A stretch of 64,000 nucleotides of DNA from Candidatus Doudnabacteria bacterium (GCA_963837465.1 CAWINB010000001.1:139915-203914); one strand, 5' to 3'. Shown: positions 39,074 to 49,941, counted from the first letter of the stretch. Made by a program: numbers and translations. The notes: a model not told the origin generated them from the letters alone.

Positions 39074-39556
39074 CTACATCAGCCCTTTATCTCTAAAGCT
39101 GGCATAAAATTCAGCTGTTACAATCACGTGATCTAAAACTTCTATGCCAAGAAGTTTTCCGGCATCTTTCAGACGCTTGGTAACTGCGAGGTCTTCGTCA
39201 GATGGCTCCAGACTGCCGCTGGGATGGTTGTGAGCAACAATCACTGAGCAGCAGTTTTTTAATATAGCTGTCCTGAATGTTTCCCTTGGATGAATTAAGC
39301 TGGCGTTTAATGTGCCAATGCTTATTACTTCCTTACCTGTTATTTTGTTTTGAGTGTCAAGAAAAAAGACGCAAAAGTATTCTTTTTTAGCTTTTCTGAA
39401 ACTCTTGCATTTTTCAGCCACTTGAGCTGGGCTGTAAACACCTTCTGGCATAGGCTTAATTTGCAAGTTTTCGTTAACATAATTTTTGGCTTTTTCGTTA
39501 GCCTCGGATTCGTTCTCCGCGGTAAACTGATAATTGATGTTAATTTGGTATTCCAT
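39074..39556 (-). CDS. radC: RadC-like JAB-domain protein
   Basis: E.F...LD, GTLNASLIHPRE, HNHPSG..EPS.ED, LDHVI. Confidence 0.9.
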   Translation of the reverse strand: MEYQININYQFTAENESEANEKAKNYVNENLQIKPMPEGVYSPAQVAEKCKSFRKAKKEYFCVFFLDTQNKITGKEVISIGTLNASLIHPRETFRTAILKNCCSVIVAHNHPSGSLEPSDEDLAVTKRLKDAGKLLGIEVLDHVIVTAEFYASFRDKGLM

Positions 39557-39589
39557 AAAACTCCTTTTTGTTTACTTGTTATGGAGCAA

Positions 39590-39697
39590 GCAAACCGACC
39601 GCAGGTTTTTGGTGTCAACGGGACTAAAACCGATTTTATGGCTTACGGCAGATAAAGAGGTTTTACCCTTGCACACCCAAAAAACGGCCGGTATAAT
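39590..39697. promoter_or_regulatory. Frpo-like ssDNA-promoter hairpin, copy 2, upstream of radC
   Basis: same layout as 38211-38319, followed by AGGAG RBS and radC. Confidence 0.6.
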
Positions 39698-39835
39698 CTA
39701 AAACCCACAAGGAAACAAAAAGTTTTTGGTTTAAATTGGCGCGCCTAATGCTTTATCATTGAAATAGAAAAAACCATCCAGCAAATTGGATGGTTTTTTC
39801 TTACGCGCTCGAGCGAGGACGTTTTTGTAGTTCTT

Positions 39836-42800
39836 TTACTTTAGGCTGTTAATAAAGTTCCGGGTTAAGGTATCTAGCGCGCCAGTAGCGGCACTAATAC
39901 CGATTTGAGTTTTGTATTGGCTCTGAAATTTCTTTAAAGCGGCTTTGGTTGCAAGACCAAACAAAGTGGTTTCGTGGCCTGGGGAGCCAATTACTCCATT
40001 TGGCGCGACTGGGAAATTATTTTGGTTTAAAAATTGCTGCAAGGCAGTGACGTCTGCGCCTTTGCTTAAGTAACCAAGATTTCTGGCAAAGGTCATGGAC
40101 GGAGGAACGAGGCCGGTTGCCTGATTGGTTGCAGAAGTAGCAGAACTGGAAGTTTGACCCAGTATTTGGCCAGCAATTTGAGATTGTATTGTGTAAGGGG
40201 CTTTAGTGCCTTTTAGTACGGTTAACTTCTCCCCACTCTGGCCTTGGTAGGTTTGGAAGCTTGAAAAAGTATCAAAAGGATACAAACCACTTGGCTTAAC
40301 CAGGTAAATGGTAGGATTTCCTTTAAACTGCAATAACTGCCCATCGTGAACATTATAGGGCAGAACTATGGTAACAGTACTTGGGTTATTGGTAGTTGGT
40401 AGGGTAATCCCTATGGGTGGAAATGGTAATGTCTGTGGTGGGGTTGATGTAGGGGTGGAAGTTGAAGCAGGTGGCAAGGTTACCACAGTTCCTGCCGCGG
40501 CTAGAGTGGTAAATATGTAATCCCCTGAGGCATTAAACTGTAAGTTAGGGTCTTTAACCCTAAAATGGTAAGTGGTGGCAGGGTTTAGGCTGGTTAGGGC
40601 AAGACTGTGGTTTGTTACAGATGTAGAACTGGAAACTATGGAGCCGTAACTATTAGTTAAACCATAGTCTATGGCAGAGCCAATTTGGTAATTAGTCTGC
40701 CAAGTAACAATGGTTGATGTTGCCGTTGTGGAAGCAACCGTAACATTACTAAAGCTGGCATAGGTCGCTCCGCCTCCGCCTCCTGAGCTGACAACATTGG
40801 TAGTGCAGGAAACGGATACATTGGTAATGTTAGATGAGGCTACTGTACCGGTGCCGTTAGTGATATTGCAAGTCTGGCCGGACGGCTGAGTTAAAACCGT
40901 GACGCTATATGTACCGCCGGTGCTAGTGGCCGTGGCGAAAATAAAGCTAGTATTAGTTGTGGTGCTTATATTATCCCCGCCATTGTTTTGCAAAACCACG
41001 GTGCCGGTTAAGCCAGAAATACTGCCGCCAATTGTGTAAGTTGGATTATTGGAACACGAAACTGAAACATTGCTAACATTTGCCGAAGACACTGTACCGC
41101 TGCCGTTAGTTACATTACAGGTCTGTCCAGAAGGCTGCGTTAAAACCGTAACGGAGTAACTGGCACTATTATTTAAAGCTGTAGCAAAAGTAAAAGTACC
41201 ATTAGTCGAAGTGCTATAGTTATCGCCACCGTTATCTTGCAACACCACTGTACCCGAGAGACCCGATATGGTGCCGCCGATAGTGTAAGTTGTTAGCGCT
41301 ACATATTGATACGCGCCCATGTCCCAAGGTCCTGTTGTTGGTCGACTATTGCCAGCCGCATCGGTTGTGGGCAGCCCTGCTGATGTTAATACACTAGTAA
41401 GATTTGTTCCTGTTTGGTAGGCTGGCGAAGCAGAGGAAGATAATTGTAAATTGGTAGAACTAATAAATTTTGGATCCGCGTTAGCCCCGTGTGACTCTTG
41501 ACTATTACAGGTCGCAGATAAATATAAGGGCCAATTTCCCCAGCAACCAGTCAACCCGGTCAAACGAACTGGATTACTTATATTTGTCCATCCATAAAAA
41601 TCATCATAATCAGATGACCAACCTGCGGTGGTGGTTGCGTCTTCAGAATATATAGCAGCTTGAGAGCCAGCGAAAATGTTATTCCTAACAGTGAGACTGG
41701 GAACAGGCCCGCCTGCAAGGCCAGCTGTTATAAGTCCTTGCCAAGCAGCCTGGGGGCTACTGGTGTCCATGTTGAAAGAATTATTATAAATATAGGCTTG
41801 TCCACCAGGAACAGTATAAATATTCATATAATTCATCTCAATCACAGTTCCTCCATTTGAAGCGGAATCCCATCCATGATTATTATAAATGTAGACCGGT
41901 CCTGCCGTACCAGAAAAATACATAAAAGCAGTCACGCCAGTTTCCGCAGGAGGATTGGCTCCAGAGGTGGAAATACTAGAAGATTGTGTCCAGCTTGTAC
42001 CCGTTGTTATTGGCGTGGAATTTTGTTTATAAAGCGTACTGCTCTCCCCCGCGGTACTAAAATACACATTCCATCCTGAAACTGGTGAACATTCCGGAGG
42101 AGAAGAAACTTGGATGGCCTGATTCGGAGCGGATGTGGTAATTGAAGCCTCGGGAGAAAAATTACTTTCACTTACGCCTACGCAGGTCGTCTCAACATAA
42201 TAAGTTCCAGCAACAGGAGCTGCTCCGGAAACACTAATAAGCGCTGGCGTAGTTGTTGGGAACTGTACATAGTTGCTCCAGTTCCCATAAAAATAATTAT
42301 TATAAATAAACTCATTTGTAGTGTAAGACGATGGGTCGTTTGACACAGAAGAGAAAGTAAAAATACCGTCAGTATGATATCCCGCGCTGGCCATCTGATT
42401 GTGAAAATCGTGAATTAAGTTATCATGAATAGATACCCCATTTATTACGGTATTGGCATAAGGAGTTGAGATTGCGATACCCCACGTACAGTTTGAAATA
42501 TCGTTGCCACTAAATGTGATGTTTTGTAACGTTTTTGAAGTACCGTCACCGGGTCGGTAATAAATAGCAATCCTTGCGTATACTGACAAAACCATATTCT
42601 TCACTGTTATATTTGAGCTGGAGCCTTGAATTACGACAGCTTCATTGCCTTGGTTTATTCCTACCACTCCGATATTTTGCAGTTGTAGATTGTCCATTGT
42701 AATATATGAGCCCGTGATCAAAAAGTACCCGTTCATTTGCGAAGGAGATACGGTATTTTGGCTTCCTCCATCAAAAATAGGCCGTGTCCAAGAACCTCCT

Positions 42801-45229
42801 GAATACCAGCTTTTGTTTATACCATAATAATCCGGCGTCCCGGATGCTCCAGAATTAGTTATATTCCACGGTGCAATAGTGTTATCCCAAGTTATTCCAC
42901 CCCTGAATATAAATTGGTCGCCAGGATTATGTGTGTAGGTTCCGGAAAATCCCTGCATACCAGGCGCGCGCTGCCAGGGCGTGGAGGTAGAAGTCCCATT
43001 ATTTGAGTCACTTCCGTTTTGAAAATCAATATAATAAATTCTTGCCTGTGTTGTTGCAGTTGCTGTAGTGCTGCTCGCAGATGTATTTCCAATTGCATCA
43101 AAAGCATCCACATAATAACTATAAGTGGTGCTGGCATTAAGTCCGGTGTCAGAATAAGAGGTTAGCGAGGTAGTGGCTATGTGTAAATTGTTTCGGTAGA
43201 TATCATAACCGGTCACGCCAACATTATCCGTAGAGGCGTTCCAAGTAATATTAATTTGGCTGGCGGATGTTGTTGAAGCGGTAAGGCTAGCGGGAACGGA
43301 TGGAGGCTGAGTATCTATATAAAATGTGCCATCAGTCGTGGTGGCAACATTACTTTGGGCATCAGTTGAGGAAATTTGGTAATGATAGGTGGTATTATTA
43401 GTAAGACCGGTTAAGGTAATGGAATGGCTAGTCACCAGAGCCGGAGTGGACGAAGACGAACCATAACCTGAACTAGTACCATAATTTATTAGCGAGTTAG
43501 CGGAATGATTTGTGGTCCAGCTAAAAGTGGCCGTGGATGATGCGGTGGTAGTGGAAACACCTGAAATTATAATCGGATTTTCAATATTGACCGTCGTTGA
43601 GGCGGTGGAAGTATTGCTTGAGGTATCGGTAGATAAAGCCCAGAGAGTGGTTGAGCCATTGGCAACAGCAGTTGTGTTCCAAAGTATGGAATAAAGATTA
43701 CCACTTGGGGTAGTAGTTGAATTTATTAGAGTACTGGAGGCAAATGTGCCGCCATAACTCCCGTAGTAGAAAGCCACGCTCCCTACCGCTACGTTATCTG
43801 TAGAAGAAGCGGTTAAGGTAGTCGAACCTGAAATAAGGGCGTTATTGGCAGGAGAAGTCCAGGCAACATTAGGAGCCGTAAGGTCTGGCACAAAATATTG
43901 GTCAGCGCCAATGTCCCATGTACTGCCGCGGCTTTGACCGTCTATGTCTGTGGTAAAATTTAATGGAGATGAATCACCAGAAGTATTAGTACCCACACCT
44001 TTTAGAGCCGAACCAGATGTTATGTGATAATCTTCACTCCCAGGAGTAACATTTATAAATGTGGCAGTGCTGGTAGCAATTCCGGTTAAGCCTGCTGTTC
44101 CACTAGCATCTCGACTTGCACAGGTGGTTTTTGTAATCGTCCCAAAATAATCACTAAGCGCCCCTCCGCCAGCATAAGTGTTTTTGCATACTACTGTTCC
44201 GCCCGTTTGCCTTATGCCAACACGGGCATTAATCACAGTTGAGCTATAAATGTTAACGGAATTTGAACTGCTTGTAAGAATCCCAGTCTCGTTAGATAAA
44301 TTTGGTACAAAGTTGAATAGGATTGTATTCCAAATATTTACTTTAGCATTTGCAGCACTAATATTTATACCGTTTTGATTATAGGTTGGGTCACCGCTTG
44401 CTTTAATAATAGAATTTGATAAATCGGCTTCGTTAAATGCGCCATTATCCAAAAAATTTAAAATATTGCGGTTTACGACTGTAGGACTTACATTTGTTAA
44501 TTGTAATCCATCTAGTTTTATAAAGTCTATGCTTCCAACGTTGATAGCATAATTATCCGTCGGTGACAAATACCATTTAGTTGTATCCCATTTTCCGGCG
44601 GCTCGCTGGCTTTGATTGACTTCAGCCGTAGTGCTTGTTGGTGTATAAATTCGAATGTAATGGGTAGCATCGGTGGTTAAACTTTGAGCATTCACTCCTG
44701 TTGTGTCCGGTCCGGTATCATAATAAACAGGAACATTCAAAACCACATCAGCGGAAACAAGGCTTGTGGTCGCTATATGATTAGTATCAGAAGCCTTAGG
44801 CGTTCCATTGAATACATTGTTCAAACTAGAAAATGCGTGGGCAATAGAATTTACAGTGGCGTTACTTACATTACTGCAAGGAGCGCCCAGGGCTGTAACT
44901 AAATTCCAGACAGAAGTGGATGTTTTAGAAGCTATGTAACAGATGGAAGAAGTGTTAAAGGTGACCTGATCTCCTACACCGAGGTTGGTGGCAGTCTGAG
45001 CATAGTTGAAAGTAGCTTGCCCCGCTCCTCCGGCAATAGTCATGGTGCAGGCACCCGTGGTTGAACAAGTGGCTCCTCCAGCTCCAATACTATGGTCGCT
45101 GGTATTTTGCCCGACAGAATAATATACATTGGCCGTGGCAGAGGCTTTCCCAGCCAGAGAAAAACCACACCCTATAAACACCACAAAAAATGCCAGTAAG
45201 GTTAATTTGTTTTTTAAAAATTTAGTCAT
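39836..45229 (-). CDS. 1797-aa secreted surface protein (beta-helix regions, Ig-like and FN3 domains, C-terminal peptidoglycan-binding-like domain)
   Basis: signal peptide, DIGA/DMGAYQY beta-helix ends, WNASTDNVGVTGY FN3, DVTALQQFL...FG..TKAALKKFQ. Confidence 0.8.
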   Translation of the reverse strand: MTKFLKNKLTLLAFFVVFIGCGFSLAGKASATANVYYSVGQNTSDHSIGAGGATCSTTGACTMTIAGGAGQATFNYAQTATNLGVGDQVTFNTSSICYIASKTSTSVWNLVTALGAPCSNVSNATVNSIAHAFSSLNNVFNGTPKASDTNHIATTSLVSADVVLNVPVYYDTGPDTTGVNAQSLTTDATHYIRIYTPTSTTAEVNQSQRAAGKWDTTKWYLSPTDNYAINVGSIDFIKLDGLQLTNVSPTVVNRNILNFLDNGAFNEADLSNSIIKASGDPTYNQNGINISAANAKVNIWNTILFNFVPNLSNETGILTSSSNSVNIYSSTVINARVGIRQTGGTVVCKNTYAGGGALSDYFGTITKTTCASRDASGTAGLTGIATSTATFINVTPGSEDYHITSGSALKGVGTNTSGDSSPLNFTTDIDGQSRGSTWDIGADQYFVPDLTAPNVAWTSPANNALISGSTTLTASSTDNVAVGSVAFYYGSYGGTFASSTLINSTTTPSGNLYSILWNTTAVANGSTTLWALSTDTSSNTSTASTTVNIENPIIISGVSTTTASSTATFSWTTNHSANSLINYGTSSGYGSSSSTPALVTSHSITLTGLTNNTTYHYQISSTDAQSNVATTTDGTFYIDTQPPSVPASLTASTTSASQINITWNASTDNVGVTGYDIYRNNLHIATTSLTSYSDTGLNASTTYSYYVDAFDAIGNTSASSTTATATTQARIYYIDFQNGSDSNNGTSTSTPWQRAPGMQGFSGTYTHNPGDQFIFRGGITWDNTIAPWNITNSGASGTPDYYGINKSWYSGGSWTRPIFDGGSQNTVSPSQMNGYFLITGSYITMDNLQLQNIGVVGINQGNEAVVIQGSSSNITVKNMVLSVYARIAIYYRPGDGTSKTLQNITFSGNDISNCTWGIAISTPYANTVINGVSIHDNLIHDFHNQMASAGYHTDGIFTFSSVSNDPSSYTTNEFIYNNYFYGNWSNYVQFPTTTPALISVSGAAPVAGTYYVETTCVGVSESNFSPEASITTSAPNQAIQVSSPPECSPVSGWNVYFSTAGESSTLYKQNSTPITTGTSWTQSSSISTSGANPPAETGVTAFMYFSGTAGPVYIYNNHGWDSASNGGTVIEMNYMNIYTVPGGQAYIYNNSFNMDTSSPQAAWQGLITAGLAGGPVPSLTVRNNIFAGSQAAIYSEDATTTAGWSSDYDDFYGWTNISNPVRLTGLTGCWGNWPLYLSATCNSQESHGANADPKFISSTNLQLSSSASPAYQTGTNLTSVLTSAGLPTTDAAGNSRPTTGPWDMGAYQYVALTTYTIGGTISGLSGTVVLQDNGGDNYSTSTNGTFTFATALNNSASYSVTVLTQPSGQTCNVTNGSGTVSSANVSNVSVSCSNNPTYTIGGSISGLTGTVVLQNNGGDNISTTTNTSFIFATATSTGGTYSVTVLTQPSGQTCNITNGTGTVASSNITNVSVSCTTNVVSSGGGGGATYASFSNVTVASTTATSTIVTWQTNYQIGSAIDYGLTNSYGSIVSSSTSVTNHSLALTSLNPATTYHFRVKDPNLQFNASGDYIFTTLAAAGTVVTLPPASTSTPTSTPPQTLPFPPIGITLPTTNNPSTVTIVLPYNVHDGQLLQFKGNPTIYLVKPSGLYPFDTFSSFQTYQGQSGEKLTVLKGTKAPYTIQSQIAGQILGQTSSSATSATNQATGLVPPSMTFARNLGYLSKGADVTALQQFLNQNNFPVAPNGVIGSPGHETTLFGLATKAALKKFQSQYKTQIGISAATGALDTLTRNFINSLK

Positions 45230-45315
45230 CGTAAAAAAATAAAAAGCCCGTCAAAAACGGAGCTTAATTAGAAATATTAAGTTTGTATAATCGCAAAACT
45301 GGCGAGCGTGTTTTA

Positions 45316-45337
45316 CTCTCTCTCTCTCTCTCTCTCT
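45316..45337. repeat. (CT)11 microsatellite in the leader of the surface-protein gene
   Basis: direct read. Confidence 0.9.
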
Positions 45338-45364
45338 GCTAGCGCGTTTAAGATTTTGGACATT

Positions 45365-45667
45365 TTAGTTTTTTTCTGGTAATTTTTGTAAGGCTCGGGC
45401 TTTAATCTCTTCTAGGGTGTCGGCCGGTACTGACTTGCCGAGAATCCTTTCAGCCAGTTCCAGCATTTTATTTAAGCTTGGTTGACTTTTAAATTTATCC
45501 GCTATGATTTCCTGAGCACCTTCTTGGGCAGGAGTTTTATCCTCAACAGTTATCCCGGATAAGTGAAGCATTGAGACATAGGCGGATAAAAGTCTGGCAC
45601 ATTCTTCCAGATAAGCCGGGCTGTCTTCGGGCTTAGGGACCAATTCTAGTCTATTAGGATAATCCAT
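45365..45667 (-). CDS. hypothetical protein
   Basis: 100-aa ATG ORF. Confidence 0.55.
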   Translation of the reverse strand: MDYPNRLELVPKPEDSPAYLEECARLLSAYVSMLHLSGITVEDKTPAQEGAQEIIADKFKSQPSLNKMLELAERILGKSVPADTLEEIKARALQKLPEKN

Positions 45668-46096
45668 AATTACTACAGCTCTTTATACAAATATTATAGT
45701 ATATTTTACGATTTAAAGCCAGGATTGACTAAGTATTAGATTTGCTAGACATTTTGGGCCTTGTTTATTGGTCAGTTTTCCCGTATTTTTCTATGTTTTT
45801 TGCTTTTCTCCACCACCCCCACCCCCCCTGTTTTTGCACCCTGTTTTGTTTCTGTTTTTGGTTAGTTTTTAGTTTGGTATTTTAGTATATTTTTAGAGTA
45901 TATAGATAGTAGTATTTTAAGTATTTTAGTAGTTAGTATTTCTTTCCATTATTTTTCTTTGTCTGCCAGTGGAAATCGTGGTGATAGTCAAGGTTTGTGG
46001 TTTAAGAAAAGGTAATGGAATTAGGGTGTTTAGGAACTTTACTAGTTGAACCCGGATTCAACTAGCTGTTCAACTAGTTTGTACCCCCATTTTAAA

Positions 46097-47449
46097 TCAA
46101 AAAACAGCCCTAAGCAAGAGCTGTTTTAGGGTAGCCAAGGTCAGCTGTTTTGGGTATAATAGGTTTGTAAAATATCGAATAAGGGTACCATCGGCGATTT
46201 TAGAGCGGGTTGCAATCAGATCGAAGGGAGAACTCGGCGTGATCTCCAGGAGTTTTCCGTTCAGTACCCGGTTCGAGGTCAGAGAATCTACCATTTCGCG
46301 TTTTTCCGGCATGATGCCGACTTTGTACGCTGAATACGCGGTGTTCGCGCGTTCGAGAATTTCTAGCAGCTCATCGGCGACATTGCGGTTGCCGCTTTCC
46401 CAGCCAGAGAGTGTTTCCGACGTTTCCAGGCGCTCCGTGAGGAGCGCCGTTTTTCGTTGCTCGAACAGATCCTTTTCGACCAGCCGGTCGATGTAGGCAT
46501 CGGTGAGGCGGTTCAGCCGGTCGTCAATCTGGCCGAGCTTCAGCTTGAGGGCGGCGATGGCATCCTCGGTTTGCTTGTGACTGTCAGCTTTCAACCGGCG
46601 GAGTTCCTGCCAGCAGTATTGCTGCTCATCGGGAAGCAGCCGTAGTTGAAGGAGGGTTTCGAGAAATGAATTCTCGGCAACCTCTTCCCGGATCGCTGTT
46701 GTGGGACACTCGCGAGTTTGGCAGCGGTAGTAGACGAACCCCTTGTGAGTTTCGCCGATCAGGGTATGGCCGCAACCTTTGCAACTCAGCCTGCGGCGAA
46801 ACAGAAAATCATGGCGGTTGGTCCGCGTGTTGGTTTTTCCGTGGAGCACATCCTGGACGCGCTGAAAGAGCGCCTTGGAGATTAGAGGCTGGTGAGCTCC
46901 GAGGAAGGACTGACCGGAAACCTTGATGTGGATGAGGCCCATGTAGAAAGTATTGTTCAGCAATTTGGTCAGGCCGTTCATGGTGACCTGCTTGCCACTG
47001 CGCCCGCGCAAGCCGATGCGTTCGGCTTCGTGAAGTAGATCGTGAAAATTGGCCGTGCCGGTGGAATACTTTTCAAACAGATGGCGCACCAGGGGCGCAG
47101 TCTTGGGGTCTGGCTCCTTAGGTTTGCCGCTGCTGATGTTCCGATACCCCAGCGGGGCTGGCATGGGCAATATGCCTTGCTTGAGCCGTCCATAGAATCC
47201 CTTCTTGGTTTCTTCTTTGAGGTTGCGGATGAAATCGGATGCCACAACCGCTTGGATGTCCGCCGAGAGTCGTCCGCCGCGAGAATTGAGGTCCAGACCT
47301 TCGTTGGCGAAGTGGACTTCGACGCCACGGTCGATGATTTCGCCGAGGTCAGCCCAATCCTTGAGGTTGCGGGCGGAGCGGTCGATCTTGTGAATGACCA
47401 CACCGCGAACCGTGCCAGATCTCAGCCGCCTGATCATCTGGGTGAACAC
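46097..47449 (-). pseudogene. large serine recombinase 2: N-terminus with catalytic Ser deleted, C-terminus replaced at TGGTA
   Basis: begins at PVFTQM...HKIDRSARN with no YxRxS; zinc ribbon present; beyond 46186 it reads into the element-1 arm. Confidence 0.85.
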
Positions 47450-47754
47450 CGGGTGTCGGACGGCAAGAGGAAGCCATCACAGTCCCAGCAATCCGGCGTA
47501 GTCGCTCCGGGTGGCAACACGTACGGGGAAGTATCGAAAATAGACCGCTCCCTCTCATGCTTCGGGCCGTAAACGACCAAGTGCTCTGCGGTCTGATTTG
47601 TGCACTGGCCCCAGCCGCGTCCGCGGAGAATACGGAATGGCGGACGAATCAGGTCTCCATAATCCAGATCGAACAACAGCATGTCCTCCGCTCGGCACTT
47701 CATGCTTCGCTCTCAGATCACCGATCATATTGCTACGGACGAGTCGTCGCGTGG

Positions 47755-48471
47755 CTAAGGTTGCCACCGCCAGTTGGACCGGTATACATCAACGACGCCA
47801 AATTCTTTACCTGGGCTCCAACTACGTGACTCCCACATGAGCTGGCGAGCGCTACCGCCAAATTTACTACTGTCCAACATCACGTCGAATACTGCCTTGG
47901 TAATGTATGTAGAGAAGCCGACCTCCCGGATCGCGCTGAGCTTCGCCGCAATGTTCGGGGCTCGGCCTACCCACACCAGATCATTATTATTGCGAATTCC
48001 GCTCCGAACTACCATTATTTTGCTCGTGTCTATGCCAACGGTTTGACTCAATGGCAGGCCAGAGGGAAACGACCCCTTATAGAACGCATTAAATTCCGGG
48101 GTCAAAATTTGATTAAAAAAATAATTGATCTTGAGGCCCGCTTCGACCGCGTTCGTATTTTTCGCGCCCTCGATAAAGACGCCCATAACCCGGTCACCGT
48201 CAAAGCTTCGAATCTCACCCCCCAGCGCACGAATAATTCTCGTAGTGCCCATTAGATACGCCTTGAACACTTCAGCCGCGACCGACTGGTTAGCAATGGC
48301 CAGCCGAGTGGAGTCGTGCAGATCAGCATAAACGAAGGTAGCATCCAGGTTGACGCCCTCGTTGCCAAGGGCGAGGTCTTCGGTCTCAGGAACCACCGTC
48401 CCGTCCCGGCGTGTCCAGGCATCATGGACGACTTTGGCGGTTTCATTCTTAAGATCGTCGAGAAGAGTCAT
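47755..48471 (-). CDS. pycC: class III nucleotide cyclase, Pycsar PycC-like (start MTLLDD)
   Basis: YADLHDST, SFDGDRVM, GID, NDLVWVGRAPNIAAKL; stand-alone cyclase adjacent to a TM effector. Confidence 0.82.
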   Translation of the reverse strand: MTLLDDLKNETAKVVHDAWTRRDGTVVPETEDLALGNEGVNLDATFVYADLHDSTRLAIANQSVAAEVFKAYLMGTTRIIRALGGEIRSFDGDRVMGVFIEGAKNTNAVEAGLKINYFFNQILTPEFNAFYKGSFPSGLPLSQTVGIDTSKIMVVRSGIRNNNDLVWVGRAPNIAAKLSAIREVGFSTYITKAVFDVMLDSSKFGGSARQLMWESRSWSPGKEFGVVDVYRSNWRWQP

Positions 48472-48472
48472 A

Positions 48473-48988
48473 TTAGTGAAATAGGGTTGAACGGGTTGGA
48501 GCTGTATACGCCGCAAATAACGCGAGCGCGGCAAGCCATGGAAGGAGAGCCAGCGCGAGAAACGTGAAGGCCGCTTTTAGCGCATCAAACTTTGCTGTCA
48601 GTATTTCCGAATTCCGCCACACCTGTGCCAAGAGATCGTTAACGTGCCCGTCTTCATTCTGCTGCTTGAATTGTTCGATAAAGTGGTGCTCCGTACGACC
48701 TGCTATCTGTCGAAAATAAACCAAGGACGAATTGCCTCCCTTAAGACTGGGGAATGCGCCACGATACAAAAACACAATGCTCACGCCCAAGAGAACCACA
48801 CAGATACCGGCGGACGTTGACATCGGCCAGGTTAACGCTTTGAGTGGTGGTGCGTCGGTAGCCAACACGGCTAACATTCCCGTATCTACCGCGAGTATCA
48901 CAGAAAGCTTTGAATCTACACGCGGGAAAAAGCTCAATACTCGATCGAGTTGATCTTTGCTCGCAGCGTATATAGTTTCAGTCTTCAT
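48473..48988 (-). CDS. pycTM: Pycsar transmembrane effector (DUF5706/PycTM-like)
   Basis: RVDSK, two TM helices, SLVYF..IA, LAQVW.NS.I...KF, third TM helix. Confidence 0.82.
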   Translation of the reverse strand: MKTETIYAASKDQLDRVLSFFPRVDSKLSVILAVDTGMLAVLATDAPPLKALTWPMSTSAGICVVLLGVSIVFLYRGAFPSLKGGNSSLVYFRQIAGRTEHHFIEQFKQQNEDGHVNDLLAQVWRNSEILTAKFDALKAAFTFLALALLPWLAALALFAAYTAPTRSTLFH

Positions 48989-49153
48989 ATAGGCTTGGGG
49001 CGCAGCCTAGCAAATGCGTCTGCGCAGTAAATATGTTAAATTGCGCTCAGACAAAAGATATTATTAGAATCATAACTCTCGAATTCCGAGGCGTCAAGAA
49101 CTCAAGGCCGCATATTTGAAAGGCGAACTCGCTCGAAGTCCCGCTGGGTTCAC

Positions 49154-49893
49154 TCATGTCCGAGGAATAAACACGCCGAAAATCTTTACGATGTCCGAAC
49201 GTTCAAGCGGCTTGTCGGTCAAGTTGAACACATGCATGATGGTCGACCAGTGACACGCGAGGTTGTCCGCGAGCAACTGGGCTTGAGTGGCGAATGGCTC
49301 AAAGGGCACGCTGCGACGACTCAGAGCCGAGACACGCGTTTCAGCCAAGTGCCACTGGCCATATAGATCCTCGGGAGGACGCACGAGGACCAGATTCCAG
49401 CCTTCCCGATCCCGCGCGTTTTCGTTGATCTCAATATAACCACCATGTGCGACATGACGCCGCTCCAAAGTTGTCATCCTGCCAGGAACAATAGGATTTG
49501 CAAACAGCTCGCCACGATGAAAGAACCGGACACGTAAGGCCCGCCCACCAAAGCGGTATTTTTTCCGTCCGCAGCGGTAGCTGTGACGATCTTGGTTTCC
49601 GCGAGATGCCTATTGATCTCCTCGACGATCTCGTCAACCATCGCAATCAACTCCTCTTCTTTGTATCGATTCCTAGCAGCCGTGTCCCTTTCGGACTTCG
49701 CAATCCGCTGCTGCTCAAGTGTCGCCGCTTCGACCGCGTCGTGGTGTTGGCGCATCCTGGCGGCTAGCGCACCGATGGCGGATTCCCTTGGGGCCGGAGC
49801 AGTCTCCAGGCATCCAGAACCTCCCGCGCTGTTTGGTGACGGGCACGCGGATCCTTGGTCAAGAGCCTCTTGCCCAACTTTCCGGTTAAACAT
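49154..49893 (-). pseudogene. hypothetical gene split into two overlapping ORFs
   Basis: 49474-49893 and 49154-49477 overlap; possible frameshift. Confidence 0.4.
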
Positions 49894-49941
49894 TCACCAA
49901 TCATAAGATTTTTCTAAAAGATAGCAGCACAAGGCCCGACG

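Larger units (their letters stand above)
31663..46190. mobile_element. integrative mobilisable element 1 at the tRNA-Glu 3' end
   Basis: TACCA at both ends (31663-7, 46186-90); LSR, XRE, coupling-protein-like ATPase, Replic_Relax, RadC. Confidence 0.8.

Noticed and set aside
47434-47767. Small ORFs as intact Pycsar accessory genes
   Set aside because: They appear to be a gene fragment fused by deletion to the truncated LSR2.
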